Source: the human T2T-CHM13v2.0 reference genome, Homo sapiens. From it: 64,000 nucleotides of DNA. Positions 1-13,870 of the stretch are shown piece by piece (within the stretch, counting starts at the first letter, position 1; each line of letters opens with the position of its first letter). The position numbers and the translations under genes were made by a program. The DNA is taken from NCBI RefSeq assembly GCF_009914755.1, contig NC_060932.1, one strand, 5' to 3'. Under the pieces are notes generated by a model, which worked only from the letters and a program-made list of their open reading frames with translations, did not search any database and was not told the DNA's origin.

Positions 1-1489
1 ACAAGTTTGTGGTACAGTACGTGTTTAGCACTGAATGGAGAAAAGAAGTACACATCAAGCATATATTTCCAGAATTCCACAATAGCAAGGAAGAAGAGGA
101 GACCTTTAAATCTCTCAGAGAGAAAGAAAACCAAGTCTCATAAAAAGCATCAAAAATCCTCTAAGCAATATTATTCTTAACAATAACACTAGAAATTAGG
201 AGACAGAATGGTTTTCAGTACTTTTAATAAAAGCTTAGTTTTCTTTTATCATATCATTACAGAAAGCCAAGAGCTATTATGAAAAAGAAAAATAGTAATT
301 ATGAAATTTCAGCATGTTATTTAGAAGTATTTAAATAAATACTAGGGAATGATTCTACAATTGTTAATGAAGCAGCCTTAAAGAAAATGAGTTGACAGGA
401 TAGCATGGACATTTTAGGATTGTTTGTCTTTTCAAACCATGGATATGTATGTCTTCATAAAATTATAAATTAATTAAGACAAAATACCTTGCCGAAATGC
501 AAAATATCTCCCCTTCATATGGATTCAAAGGGCCATGACACAAGTACATATTTTAAAATTTTGAATCTTTGTAAACTAGAGCTGATAAAATATTTAAGGT
601 GAAATCAATTGAGTGGCATTGAATTTTATCTTTAAATAATCAGTTTTGTGTGTGCATTTATGCATATGTACAATATTTGACAAATTGAGCTATAATCCCA
701 TTAAATTACTCACAACATTTTAGAAGAAACAACTTCACAGGCATTCCCCAGGTGTAGAATAAGGAAACAGCATTTTGCATTCAAAGGACAGGCTTTTATT
801 ACAATTGATCACAGCAATGAGAACCACAAATATCAATGTGGTGGGTTGACTCCCCCCTCAGACTTGATAAAGTGGTGGAACTAATTCTGTTGTTTAAATC
901 ATAATTCAATCATAATAGTGTGCTTAGCAAGCCAAACCAAAAAAGGGCCAAAAATGTATTAAAAGAAAAATGAATTGCAGGGAAAAAATAACAGGTAGCA
1001 TTTTCCAATGCTCAACTTTCTCTACAATGTTAACTCTCAGTTTTAGCAATTCAGTTAATTGAGGAAATAATTATATTTACTTACATTTCATAATTAAAAA
1101 TTTTTCATATGCCAAAGAAACCTTAATTTTTATATTTTCTTCCAACTGATGGACCAAAAATAGTGTTTATCTTATTTTTTGTGTTTATCATATTTTATCA
1201 TATTATGTCAGCAAACACTTATTAAGTATCTCTTACATGTCAGGCACGGCCCTAGGTACCAAGGACACACATGCTCATCATAAATGACCAGCTACTGTGG
1301 TCCAAAGTCTTCTGCAAAATGTCCCTCAGGATGCCTTGTCAATCCTTGACTTATGCTAATTTTACTAAGCCATGGATTAACTGGAATAATAATTTAGTGC
1401 TTATCTCTAATATAGCATGGGCACACCAAATAGAATGGGACTTAAGTGTGTCCCTAATGAATCCAATCATTAATGGAAATGACTAGGGA

Positions 1490-1612
1490 GTGTGCAAGCT
1501 GGGCCAGGCTTAATGCTAAGCAACTTGTTTTATGCCATTTAATCTTAACAATGATCCTCTAACATAGCTATTATTATTCCCATTTTGCAACTACATAACC
1601 TGAGGTTACAGT
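1490..1612 (-). mobile_element. MIR SINE fragment
   Basis: MIR core-like 'catttaatcttaacaa...ttattattcccattttgcaa...aacctgaggttacag'. Confidence 0.6.
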
Positions 1613-1983
1613 GTTTATTCCTCTTTTGGGGCCCAGGATTTACTTTATTCCCATTTCCCTGACCAAAGTTTGGCTCACTTCCACTTATCCTTCAGGTCTC
1701 ATTTCAATTCTCATTTCCTTGGGTATCTCTAAACTCTCTAAAAAGTCACTGTCACAGAATACCTTTATGGCAATTACTCTTAATTGTCTTTGCCTCTCTG
1801 TTTTCTGAGGTTGGGAACTGTGAATATTTTGTTCACTCTTGTGATTCTTGGGCCTGGAGCATGACATTGAACAACAAATATTGAATGAACAAAGAAATGT
1901 GGAAATAGAATCAGATCTCCACAACTCCAAAACTGAGGCTTTAACCTGCAAACTCATTTCAATACCCTTCTACTATTAGTGAC

Positions 1984-2341
1984 TGATATGGTTAGGCTTT
2001 GTGTCCACACCCAAATTTCATCTTGAATTGTAAACCCCAGGTGTTGAGGGAGGGATCTGGTGGGAGGTGATTGAATCACGAGGGTGGTTTCCCCCATGCT
2101 GTTCTCATGATAGTGAGTTCTCATGAGATCTGATGGTTTAATAAGGGGATCTTCCCCCTTTGTTCACTCTCTCTCTCACCTGCCGCCATGTAAGATGTGC
2201 CTGCTTCCCCTTCTGCCATGATTGTAAGTTTCCTAAGACCTCCCCAGCCATGCTGAACTGTGAGTCAATTAAACATCTTTCCTTTATAAGTTACCCAGTC
2301 TCTGGCAGTTATTCATAGCAGTGAGAGAATGAATTAAAACA
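1984..2341 (+). mobile_element. THE1 (THE1C/D-like) solo LTR, ERVL-MaLR
   Basis: Starts tgatatggtt, ends gaattaaaaca; typical body 'gtttcccccatgctgttctcatgatagtgagt...ctgtgagtcaattaaac'. Confidence 0.9.
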
Positions 2342-4010
2342 GTTAACCTTACAGGCAATGTGGACTGTTTGATTGAAGAAGTGGATGTTAGTTTGTTCTT
2401 TTTCCCATGTTGTGTGTGTGTATAAATAATTCTAACAGTTTTTGTTTGGGCCAAATCCTTCCAGTTTAGTATCACAGAGGTGAAGTTATGGTGGAAGTCA
2501 AAGTGGTTCCTTAAATATTGGCTTTACTCTAACAGTTTAAGAAATATAGCTAACATGACTTTCTAATTATTTAGAACAATGACTACAGCAAATCATATTT
2601 ATGTATATGTAGTTATTTACTGAAAACCAAGTGTCTACAAACCTTCCCACTCTACCTTTCTTTTACTGCTACTTTCTCCCTTTTTGTCCACTTGTCTTTT
2701 CTATCTACTTCTAACATTAAGGAGTTGTAGGATTTTAGAAAAGGTCATCTCTCTGAGATTTATTCATCTATAAAATGAGGATAATACCATTCATCCCACT
2801 GTGGTAAGGACTAAATACCCGAATGTATGCACAGTCCCTAACATGTAGAATTTGAGTCATCTTCACCATCATCACCAAATGTTGATGGAGAATTTATACA
2901 CACCAGGTAAAGTCCTAGGATCTGGATTCCTAAAGATAAATGTAAGACATAACTCTCACCCCTGTTCCTTTTCCCTGAGAAACAGGCAATATCCCTCTAT
3001 CACCATTATGGAGTCCTCATGGCTTGCCTGGGGGAGGAAGTAAAATAAAGATGCCCAATGGAAATATCATGATAAACACCCTTCCATGGGCCTCTAGTGC
3101 TGTCAGAAGTCAAGTTCAAGGTTTAGCACTACAAACAGACTAATTGGCATATCTAGTCTATTTAACAAGCAAACCTATTGATTCCAGTGTGTGCCTCAGA
3201 ATGACAAAGATGGGTTAAATTGATATTCTTCAGAAAAATAGTGCCTTAAAGATCAGAGACAAAACTATGGATTTCTTGACTCAAACTGCTGGATATCTTA
3301 GTGTGTCAAGTCATTTCATCCCTGTCTCTCTCCTTCAGAACTCATTATCTCCCAGAAAAGATAGAAAGAGTAGGTAACTTAGAGTCTGACAATTGGAGTT
3401 GAAAATCTTAGCTACTTCCTAGCCATGAAAATGAAGTTAATTCTTTAGTCTAGTAAGGCCGTGGTTTTATTTCCTGAGAGTTGCTTGGCAGTGTCCTTAA
3501 TGACACAATCTCCAAAGATGACTAGATGAGTTTGAATTTTGGCTCTGCCATTTATTAATTAGGTGACTACTTTTGTGGTTTATTTTCTCCATCTTTAAAA
3601 GTTAAAGTGATAGTGATTATCTCATAGGATTGTGTGAGAATAAGCAAGTTTATTTACCTAGAAACATTAGAAAAGTGTCTACTTGTACATGGTAAATACC
3701 TAGGAATATGAGCTTTTATTATTGACAGTAAAATGGAAAAATAACACAATTTCATATTATTGTCATTAGGATCCAATAGAATTATGAATATGAAATTCCT
3801 TTTTAAAATTCAAAGCTCTAAGTGAATATAAGGAAGTGTAATTTCTACTACTAATTTTATTCCACATCAAATTGACTAGAACATCTCAATAGCTATTGCT
3901 TTCATCATCTCTAAAGTAAATGGGTTGGCCCACACCATTTCTAATTTCCATCTTAGTTTTGACACTCTCTCATATTTTAGTAGTCAAAAGCTGCTGATGT
4001 TAAAAGGGAA

Positions 4011-4351
4011 TTTTATTTTATTAGTATTATTATTATTTTATTCAGAGATGGTGTCTCTCTCTGTCGCCCAGGCCGGAGTACAGTGGTATGATCATGGCTT
4101 ATAGCAGCCTCAACCTCCTGGGCTGAAGCAATCCTATCGCCTCAGCCTCCCAAGTGGTTAGGACTATAGGCACACACCACCATGCCTGGTTAAGTTTTTA
4201 TTTTTTAATTTAATTTTAATTTTAATTTTTCATAGATATGGGGTCTTGCTATGTTGTCTAGGCTGATCTCAAACTCCTCGCCTCAAGTAATCCTCCTGCC
4301 TCAGCCTCCCAAAATGCTGGGATTACAGGGGGAAGCCACCATGTTTTGCCC
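4011..4351 (-). mobile_element. AluJ SINE
   Basis: Antisense dimeric Alu with J-type 'gatcatggcttatagcagcctcaacctcctgggct'; degenerate (TTA)n tail at left. Confidence 0.9.
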
Positions 4352-4530
4352 TAAAGAGTGCATTCTAAACATACTCTGAAGTATGGTGTATGCTTTTCTA
4401 TTTGGCTTTTCTAAAACACAAATCAACACAACTAAATTGTTGTTACTATTTTGGGGGAGACACATGACAAAAATTTAGTCGGCCAGCACCATCAGAAAAA
4501 AGAAAACAAGGCAGAATAATAAATTATTAA

Positions 4531-4921
<391 letters not shown>

Positions 4922-5297
4922 TAGAGAGGTATCAGGGAAAAAAAGGACAATCAAACATCATATGATTAAAAAGTACCCTATCTTAGCATACACAGGCAAA
5001 AAATATTTGTAGTCCATTTCTTAATATTCTCTTATGCCCATTTAATTTCCTCAGATGTACTTTTTTCATCTTTTCAATGCTTTCCAACATAATTCCAGTG
5101 TAATATCTATAAGCAATATAAGGATAGTAACAAAAATAAAATATATTATTTTGCCCTAGTTCTGAAAAAGTGGAGGTTTACTTTTTATTTACTATAAAAA
5201 TATTTTTAACATATTAGTATTACATTCTAGCCCAATGTAAAGTGAAAGTGTGCAACTCTGTTCTTTTTCTTTCTGCTGTTAAAATTAAAATTGCCCT

Positions 5298-6780
5298 CAG
5301 TAATGTGGCACTGGCATAAAAACATATAGATAACTGCACAGAATAGATTTAAAATGTAGACCCACACAAACATGGCCAATTGGCTGTTGACAGACTTTCT
5401 AAAGTAATTGTTGGAGAGAGGATAATCTAACAAATAGTGCTAGAATGGACACCTATTTGCAAAAAAAAAAAAAAAAAAAACAAAAAAACTGAACCTTGAC
5501 AGTCAGCCTCACACTATATGAAAAAGTTAACTGAAAATGGATCATAGCCAGGTGTGGTGGCTCGGGCCTATAGTCTCAACTACTTGGGAGGCTGAGGCAG
5601 GTGGATTGCTTGAGACCTGGAGCTCGAGGCCAGCCTGGATAGCACAGCATGACACTCCTCATCTCAAAAACAAGAACAAAAAAAAAAAGCAGAAATAAAT
5701 GGATCATAGATCTAAAAGTAAGAGCCAACAGTTAAAAGTTTCTAAAACAAATCATGGAAAAATATGTATTACCCTGAATTAGGCAAAAAAATTTTATATG
5801 TGACAAAAATAAACTGTTTTATCATTTGATAAACTGGACTTCATCAATATTAGTCACTTCTGCTCTTCAAAAGAAACTGGTAAGAAAATAAAAAGACAAA
5901 CCATAGACTGAGAGAGTATACTTGCCAAAAATATATCTGTAAAGGACTTATACATAGAAAATGTAAGGATCTCTCAAAACTCAAGAAAAGAAAAGAAATA
6001 AACCCATAAAGATTTATGTATGAAAAAAAGTATATGAAAAGACAATCACCATGATTTATTCACAAGTATATGTACATTACAATAAGACACCACTACACAT
6101 CCACTAGGATGGCTAAATTTTTTTAAAAGACAATAACAAGTGTTGCTGAGGCTGTGGAGCATTTGAACTCTGATATACTACTAGTGGAAATACAAAATGG
6201 TGCAGTCACTTGGAAAGCGGATTGGCAATTTCCTATACACTTAAACATACACTTATACAACCCAGAAGTCCCATCACTAGTTATTTCCCAAGAGAAATTA
6301 AAACATGTTCACAGATAGATTTTTACTCAAATACTCATAGTAATAGTAAAAAAATAATACAAATGGCCATCACGTGGTAAGTAGGCAAACAAAGGGTGAT
6401 ACATCATAAAATAGAATGTCACTGAGTAACAAACAATAGCAATCTACAAATATACTCAGAAATATAATTTAATTCCAAAAGCATTATGCTAATCAAGAGT
6501 AGCCAGACACAAAATATTATATGTTATATACTTCCATTTATATAAAATTTTAGAAAAGGCAAAAATCTACTGACAGAAAGCAGATCAGTCTTTGCCAAGG
6601 GGCCAAAGATGGGGAAAAAATGATTGAAAAGACACATGAGAAAATTTGGGAATGATGGAAATAATCTAGATCATGACTTTGGTGGTGGTTATACTAATAT
6701 ATCAAAACACACCAATTGGAGCATTTAAAACTGGTAAGTCTTATTGCATCCAAATTACACCTCAATAAGCCAATTAACAA
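5298..6780 (+). mobile_element. Old L1 (L1ME-like) ORF2 3' part and 3' UTR, interrupted by a FLAM
   Basis: Degenerate L1 motifs 'gataaactggacttcatcaa', 'caccactacacatccactaggatggctaaa', and L1ME-type end 'aaattacacctcaataa'. Confidence 0.8.
5547..5696 (+). mobile_element. FLAM (free left Alu monomer) with TSD
   Basis: Monomeric Alu plus A tail; 12-bp TSD aaatggatcata at 5535-5546 and 5697-5708. Confidence 0.85.
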
Positions 6781-7299
6781 TTTAAAACCTGTCCTTGTAA
6801 AGGTCACTTGTATGAAGGATTTGTGTAAGCCTTTGAACCTCATAACATATTGCTATTTCCCATGAAATAAATCTGTAACCCATAAAATCTGAAATTTTAA
6901 TTGGTTTCTTAACTCTCTGAGTAGCTAATAATACTTAAACTGACATATATGTTTTCTGAGAAGAATAAGTACATAGGGAATTACTTTGTTGAAACAGAGG
7001 CAGAACCAAGGAATTTCCTTCTCCTTTGTCAAAAACTCAGGTGCACAGTCATGGAGTAATCATAATCTTGACTCACGGAAACTTCTCATTATTGGTCCAT
7101 GTATTTTCTTCTTTTATTATTTATGTATTTGTTTATTTGTTTCACCGTGGGTTCACCACTGGCACAGAAACTGGAACACTGTGACTAACATCTACTTATT
7201 TGATTATCTCCAATTTTAAGCCCTTGTCTCAAAATCTCCCCCCCACCCCCCCAAAAAAAACAAGCCCCATCTAAAAATTTTGTGTTAATACTAAGATTT

Positions 7300-7825
7300 T
7301 TTTTGAAGAAAATGTCATGGTATTATATTCATTTGTATTTCTAAAAATGTATTGTTCTGTATTGTTCAGCTTTATTCGATTCATGAAAAGGGATATATTG
7401 TATGCCAGTTTTGCAGTTTATTTTGTACTTACTCATATACTGCTAATTATATTTTTACTCAGTATTATATCACTAAACATCCTTTATGTGGTGTACATCT
7501 GTCATTTGTTAATTTAAACTTCATAATATTTCATTGTATTGTACCAAGTGGCTATTGAGAACATATCTACTTGATTATTTTTGTAAATATCTCCTGAAAA
7601 AATACACTGGAGTTCCTCTTAGATAGATACCTAGCAAGATAACTTGACCATATAATGTGTTTGTAGCTTACAAAATAATTTGTTTTTCAAAATGGATGTA
7701 GCAATTGACACTTTTGCCAGCAGTTGAGATATCCTGTCACTGTGCATCCTCTTTAACATTTGGTATTATTAAACTCTTTTATTTTTGCATTCAGAATAAG
7801 CATTAAATATTATTTTGATCTTGGT
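7300..7825 (-). mobile_element. Old L1 (L1ME-like) 3' fragment
   Basis: Antisense L1 3'-region motifs 'tttcaaaatggatgtagcaattgaca...catcctctttaacatttggtatt'. Confidence 0.55.
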
Positions 7826-7829
7826 TGCA

Positions 7830-8811
7830 AAAAGACTGGAAATTACTAAATTGACATTATTTGAAGATTATATGATCAACCATATTGAAACCATGAAATA
7901 ATATATTCAAATAAATTATTAAAATAATAACAGATTTAAGAAAGGTGATTGAATTTAAGATCAATATGCAGATGTCAATTTCATATATAACAGAAACAAA
8001 TAACTAGAAAATTGAATTTTTAAAAATCACTTAAGTAAAGCTGGCAAGGAGCACAGCTCGGAATCAAACAAGATAGTCTGACTCCAAAACCTACAGCCGA
8101 ACATTTTGCAAGGACATTCATCACATCTATAACTGCTTACCCAACTAAAATAACATTCAAGAATGAGGAAATAGTGAAGATATCTTCAGAGTATCAAAAA
8201 TCCAGAGATTAGACCACTCGTAGAGTCTTAGAGAACAGCAAATGACATATGTACATTAATAAGAAGGAAACAATGAATTTAGAAGAAACAAGATGCGAGA
8301 TGCAATGTTGCAAAAAACAGTACCACCACCTTAGAAATACTGATAAATTATGTTGAAATCCATAATAATACCAACATAAAGTTTACTACAAGGTAAAACT
8401 AAAATAATAGATGACATTCTCTGGGAAGATGATAGGGAGATTAAAGTCATTATACTATACCAATGCAATGGGAGTCCACAAAGAAAGGAGAAAGAAAGAA
8501 AGAAGACATACTTTTTAAAAAGAGATAATTGCCGAACACTTCCCAAATTTGATAAAAGTTATTAATCAACAGATCCAAGAAGGCCAATGAATCCCAAGTA
8601 GTATACACACAAAAAGAACCTCACTTAACCACATTATGGTCACGCTGCTGAAAAACAAAAATAAAGAGAAAATACTGAATGAAGCAAGAGAGAAATAACT
8701 CATGTCTAGGAAAACAATACAGTTGACTGAACTTCCATCAGAAACAATGGAGGCCAGAAAACAATAGAATGACACATTCAAGGCAACAAAACATAAAAAC
8801 AGTTTAACCAA
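7830..8811 (+). mobile_element. Old L1M fragments (ORF2 piece, ORF1-end piece, ORF1 middle piece)
   Basis: ORF1-like 'cttcccaaatttgataaaag...cagatccaagaaggccaatgaatcccaag...catcagaaacaatggaggccagaa' at 8520-8811; ORF2-like 'ttatttgaagattatatgatc' at 7857. Confidence 0.65.
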
Positions 8812-9465
8812 AGTTGAGGAACTGGTCTTCTAGTTCATCTAAGTTGTTGAATTTGTGGTGTAAAGTTCATCGTATATCCTTCGTACATGTTTAATGCCTG
8901 TGGTAGCATCATCATATCCCCTACCTGGTTCCTGATACTGGTAATTTCTGTCTTCCTTCTTTTCATTTTTCTCAGTTCTGATAGAAGTTTATCAAATTTT
9001 CCTGATTTCTTTTTAACATTTGACTTTTTAAATTGAATTTCTCTATATTTTTTCTATTTTCAACATCATTAAATCACATTTTTAGCTTCATTTTTTCCCT
9101 CTGCATTCTTTGGCTTATCTTCATCTTCCTTTTTCTGTTTCTGGAGGTAGAAGCTTAAGATATTGATTTGAGTTTTTTTCTTGTTTCTAATGAAAGCAGT
9201 TAGTGTAAATTTTCCTTTCAGCACTGCTGTAACTGTGTCCCATGAACTTTGATATAACAGGTTTTTGTTTTCTTCAGTGCTGTATATTGTTTTATTTCAT
9301 TTCAGACTTCCTCTTTCATCTATGGTTTATTTAAAAGTTTGCTGTTTGCATTCCACATGTTTAAAGATTCTGTTACTGTCTTTCTGTCTTGATTTCTAAA
9401 TTAATTCCATCATGTCCGGTGAATAGTTTCAATTCTTTTGAATCTGTGGATCTTTGTTTTATGGC
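8812..9465 (-). mobile_element. Old L1M ORF2 (endonuclease/linker region) fragment
   Basis: Antisense 'ttcatctaagttgttgaatttgtgg...ttcctgatactggtaatttctgtctt...aattttcctttcagcactgct'. Confidence 0.7.
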
Positions 9466-9539
9466 TTCTCACATTCTCCAGCCTGCAGACACTAACCACC
9501 TTCTCTGAAAACTCACTTTCCCCCAGGACTCCTTCCATT

Positions 9540-10765
9540 CTCTATTATAAGAGCTACTGACTGGACACTGAGCTTTTATCCCTCCACTATCATCTCACTC
9601 AGGTCAAAATAGCCTTTTCAAGTTACAAATCTTATCACTCTTCATAAAAGCCTTCAGTGACTCCTCATTGCTCATAAGTCCAAGCACCAACATGGTCCCC
9701 AAATACCCCTAGGGGAAGACTGTGGCCAGTTATGTAAAGGAGAAATGGTTTTAAGCCTGCTTGACCAGTGACAGCTCCCTCAGTCTAATCATTACTGACA
9801 GCTTGCTTCAGGGAACATGCTACTGAAAGCCAGCCAGCAAGTGACACCCTCAGCTTTGCCATCTAGCCAGTCACTCTAGGCCACAGCCTCTGAAAGCCGG
9901 CCAATAAGCAACAGCCTCACCTGAAGCCTTACATTTCTAACACCAATGTCAACCCACTCCATCCCCATCAATAACATATTCCCTGGAAACAATAACAACT
10001 CCTGGCCCAAAGGCTCGATCCAAGATTAGCAGTCAGCTTTGTTTGGAGAGTTATCTGACCTATCTTGCCCTTTCTCCCTTAAGAATATGTACATATATGT
10101 ATAGATACATACTTCAATATTTTCTACCAAGAATGGATGGTGTTGAGAGGTGAAGCAATCTGTTTGCAAGGGGAAGCTTGTCCTCAGGTATAGAAAGATC
10201 ATGGCTTGTATTTTGATTGTATTATTAGAAGAACATTTAGATTGCTTGGATAGGGGAAGGGGTTCTTTTGGGGATTGAGTGGCGATCTCTCCCCTCCACA
10301 GGCCCTCCACAATCTGCTTTTGTCCTTGGTAGCCTCTCCTCAGCCACTTCTGATTTCCACTATATTATCCAGCTACAATGAAGCACCAGCAGTTTTTCAA
10401 ATGGTTTATATTCCTTAATATCCCTACAACTTTGCTCCAGCTGCCTCCTTTGCTGAGAATACACTTGTGCAAGTTTCTGCCTGGATAATTTTTGCTCATG
10501 TTGTGGAGATTAGTCCCCGTATATCACCACTTCAACGTTGTATTCCCAGGCTGTCCAATTCAAGGATTTTTTTCTCCTTTGTGTTGCTCCCCTAGATCTT
10601 GACCAAGTCTCTAAACCATAGTATTGGCCACATTATTTTTTGCAGTTATTTGTATTTTTCCGTATTCCTTATTAAAGTATGAAATTCTACAGGCAAAGAC
10701 TCTCTCTCTCTCTCTCCCTCTCTCTTTAACCACAAGCACCTATCAAACGAGAATATTTCAATGGG
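9540..10765 (+). mobile_element. L2 LINE 3' region, interrupted at ~9700-10298
   Basis: L2 consensus-like '...aagtccaagcaccaacatgg' resumes as 'ggccctccacaatctg...' after the insert. Confidence 0.65.
9721..10080. mobile_element. Probable old LTR fragment (family not identified)
   Basis: Insert within L2 with repeated 'gccagcc/gccaat..gcaacagcc' submotifs typical of ERV LTR U3 regions. Confidence 0.35.
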
Positions 10766-11518
10766 ATTCTAAAGTGGCTTCTTCCTTCAGTGAACAAATT
10801 CATAGACTACAGAAATATTCTAAAAAATGTACTATGAATACAAATTCAACAGCAGTGGCTAGTGCGTAGTTTCTATAAAAGATGGATGGTTTTGTGAAGT
10901 GAGATGATCTGTTTGCTAGGGGAAGTAGGAAACTTGTGCTGAGGTATAGAAAGGTCATGACTTGTATTTCAATTGTATAATTGTAAGAACTTTTAGATTG
11001 CTTGGGAAGGGGAAGGGGTTCTTTTGGGAACTATACAAAGTGATTTATCACTCTTTCTCACACACAGACAAGACAATTCCTGGAACTGGCACTGATGAAG
11101 AAGATGGCAGCAAATGGAAGATTGGAACCAAAGAGGAGCCTTGAGAAGTCAGAAGTTCTGTTCCAGTGAGTTGAATCAAGACTCAATTTAGAACTGAGAA
11201 GAAAGAGCTCTTCTCTTGTTATGCTCTTGGGATGCCCAATGGTTCAACTACTAATAACAACTGGCCTGAATCATCCTGTCAGCTCGGCATTGTCTGAATA
11301 GCTGTTGGTGTGGTGGAGGAAGAAGTTGTTCTCTGCTTAAACATCATTGAGAGATGTATGCTTATCTACCAGCTTCCAAGCTACAGTTTAAGTTGGAAGA
11401 ACATAGGCAAAAGACAATACCACCTTTCAGCTGTAGTTGCAAGAGTTATGATTACTAATCACCACCTATCAAGAAGGCAGCTAATTTTTGATACTATACA
11501 ATAAAATAGGCTCTGCTT

Positions 11519-11925
11519 ATTTTTCTTCTTTTTTCTTATTATACTTTAAGTTCTGGGATACACCTACAGAATGTGCAGGTTTGTTACATAGGTATACACG
11601 TGCCATGGTGGTTTGCTCCACCCATCAACCCGTCATCTATGAGTTGATTAGGTGTTTCTCCTAATGCTATCTCTCCCCTAGCCCCCCAACCGCTGACAGG
11701 CCCCAGTGTCTGATGTTCCCCTCCCTGTGTTCATGTGTTCTCATTGTTTAACTCCAACTTATGAGTGAGAACATGCAATGTTTGGTTTTCTATTCCTGTG
11801 TTAGTTTGCTAAGAATGATGGTTTCCAGCTTCATCCATGTCCCTGCAAAGGACATGAACTCATCCTTTTTTATTACTGCATAGTATTTCATGGTGTATAT
11901 GTGCCACATTTTCTTTATCCAGTCT
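11519..11925 (-). mobile_element. L1PA7/8-like 3' end, 5'-truncated
   Basis: Antisense L1PA 3' UTR 'ttattatactttaagttctgggatac...gtgccatggtggtttgct...ttccagcttcatccatgtccctgcaaagg'. Confidence 0.9.
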
Positions 11926-12087
11926 TTTTTCAAGTGACATTGACATTGGTCTGTTTAAATAAACTTATATTCCCATTGAGTTGATTCAATTCTTAGAAAC
12001 AGTAAGTCTACATCTCACCTTGAATAGAGTAAGATGGGGTGGCAGATCCTTCTGCTTGTTAGGGGGAAATGAATTCAGAAAGCATAA

Positions 12088-12474
12088 TGATATGGTTAGA
12101 CTTTGTGTCACCACCAAAATCTCACCTTGAATTGTAATCTCCATAATCTCCACAATCTCCACATATCAAGGGAGATACCAGAAGGGGGTAATCGAATCAT
12201 GGAGGCAGTTTCCCCCATGTTGTTCTTGTGACAGTGAGTGAGTTCTCATGAAACCTAATGGTTTTATAAGAGGTTCTTCCCCCTTCACTCTGCACTTCTC
12301 CTTCCTGCCGCCTTTTGAAGCAGGTGCCTTGCTTCTCCTTTACCTTCCACCATGATTGTAAGTTTCCTGAGGCCTCCCTAGCCATGTTGAACTGTGAATC
12401 AATTAAACCTGTTTCCTTTATAAATTACCCAGTCTCAGGTATTCTTTATAGCAGTATGAAAACTGACTAATATA
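12088..12474 (+). mobile_element. THE1D/MST-like solo LTR
   Basis: tgatatggtt...gactaatata; TSD cataa/catac (4/5). Confidence 0.9.
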
Positions 12475-12759
12475 CATACATAAATACGTACACACATGCA
12501 TACAAATATATGTATATGAATATAGGTATATAAATGCCTGCATATAAAGTGATAATTGCTCTAAAATAAGCAAGGTGAGCACCGTTGAAGGGATGCAGAT
12601 CAGGAAGCAATTGATTTTTTTCAGAAATCAATTTTTCAAAAAGGAAGTTGATATTTAAATTTAACATTCAAGAATTGTCAGGCATATGCTTGCACTGTGG
12701 GAGAGAGATTTCTCACTGGAGTCAGAACCATGCAGAAAGGTAGGATAAGTTGAGTAATC

Positions 12760-12945
12760 TGTAGTTCTTCACACGGTTAGAGTCCTGAGTATACATTGAG
12801 CAGTGATGAGACGTAAATTAGAGAGGTAAGGCCCCAAGTCAAGCTCCACTTGTATCTCATTATAAAGAATACTATGGGGACCACGCAGGTTGCAAGCAGA
12901 GGAGAAACCTCATAAGATTTTACTTTTAGAAGATCACTATGCTCT
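12760..12945 (-). mobile_element. L2 fragment
   Basis: Antisense L2 'aagcagaggagaaacctcataagattttacttttagaagatcact'. Confidence 0.55.
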
Positions 12946-12996
12946 CCAAATCAACATGCACATTTAACAGACTCTCCATCATAACCCAGAGAGTAG

Positions 12997-13421
<425 letters not shown>

Positions 13422-13754
13422 CAGTTTTTTGTCCTTTTACCAGGTTAAGTCTCTTTTTAGTTGTCTTTTCTTTGTCCTCTCAGTTTAATGTTGTTATTAG
13501 ACTGACCAGATGTCCACTTTTAACTTACGCTTTCAATATCTCCTCAGAGCCACATTCTGCAACACATGGCCCTGTTGCATCCCATTTAAGGCTTGCTGGA
13601 AACCAACCCTTGTACAGGCCTTAAGCTTGTCCAGTGAATGCAAATACACATCAGCAGTGAGATTGATTGAAGAAAAATAAGACTGATGACAAGTAGAGTA
13701 ACTTCTATATTTGAATTGTACTGAGCTATTATTATATCTCCCAGAGAAACATTC

Positions 13755-13870
13755 AAACTCAATATTATTATTATCATTTCCATTTTACAGTTTAGGAAAC
13801 TGAGGCCCAGAGAGGTTAAATAACTTGTCCAAGTTTAATAGTAAATAAATGTATACCTGGGATTTGAAAA
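13755..13870 (-). mobile_element. MIR SINE
   Basis: 'ccattttacagtttaggaaactgaggcccagagaggttaaataacttgtccaag' MIR core. Confidence 0.8.

Noticed and set aside
902-912. Perfect DUX4-type motif TAATTCAATCA in unique sequence
   Set aside because: About one such match is expected by chance in an AT-rich 64-kb window; no other support
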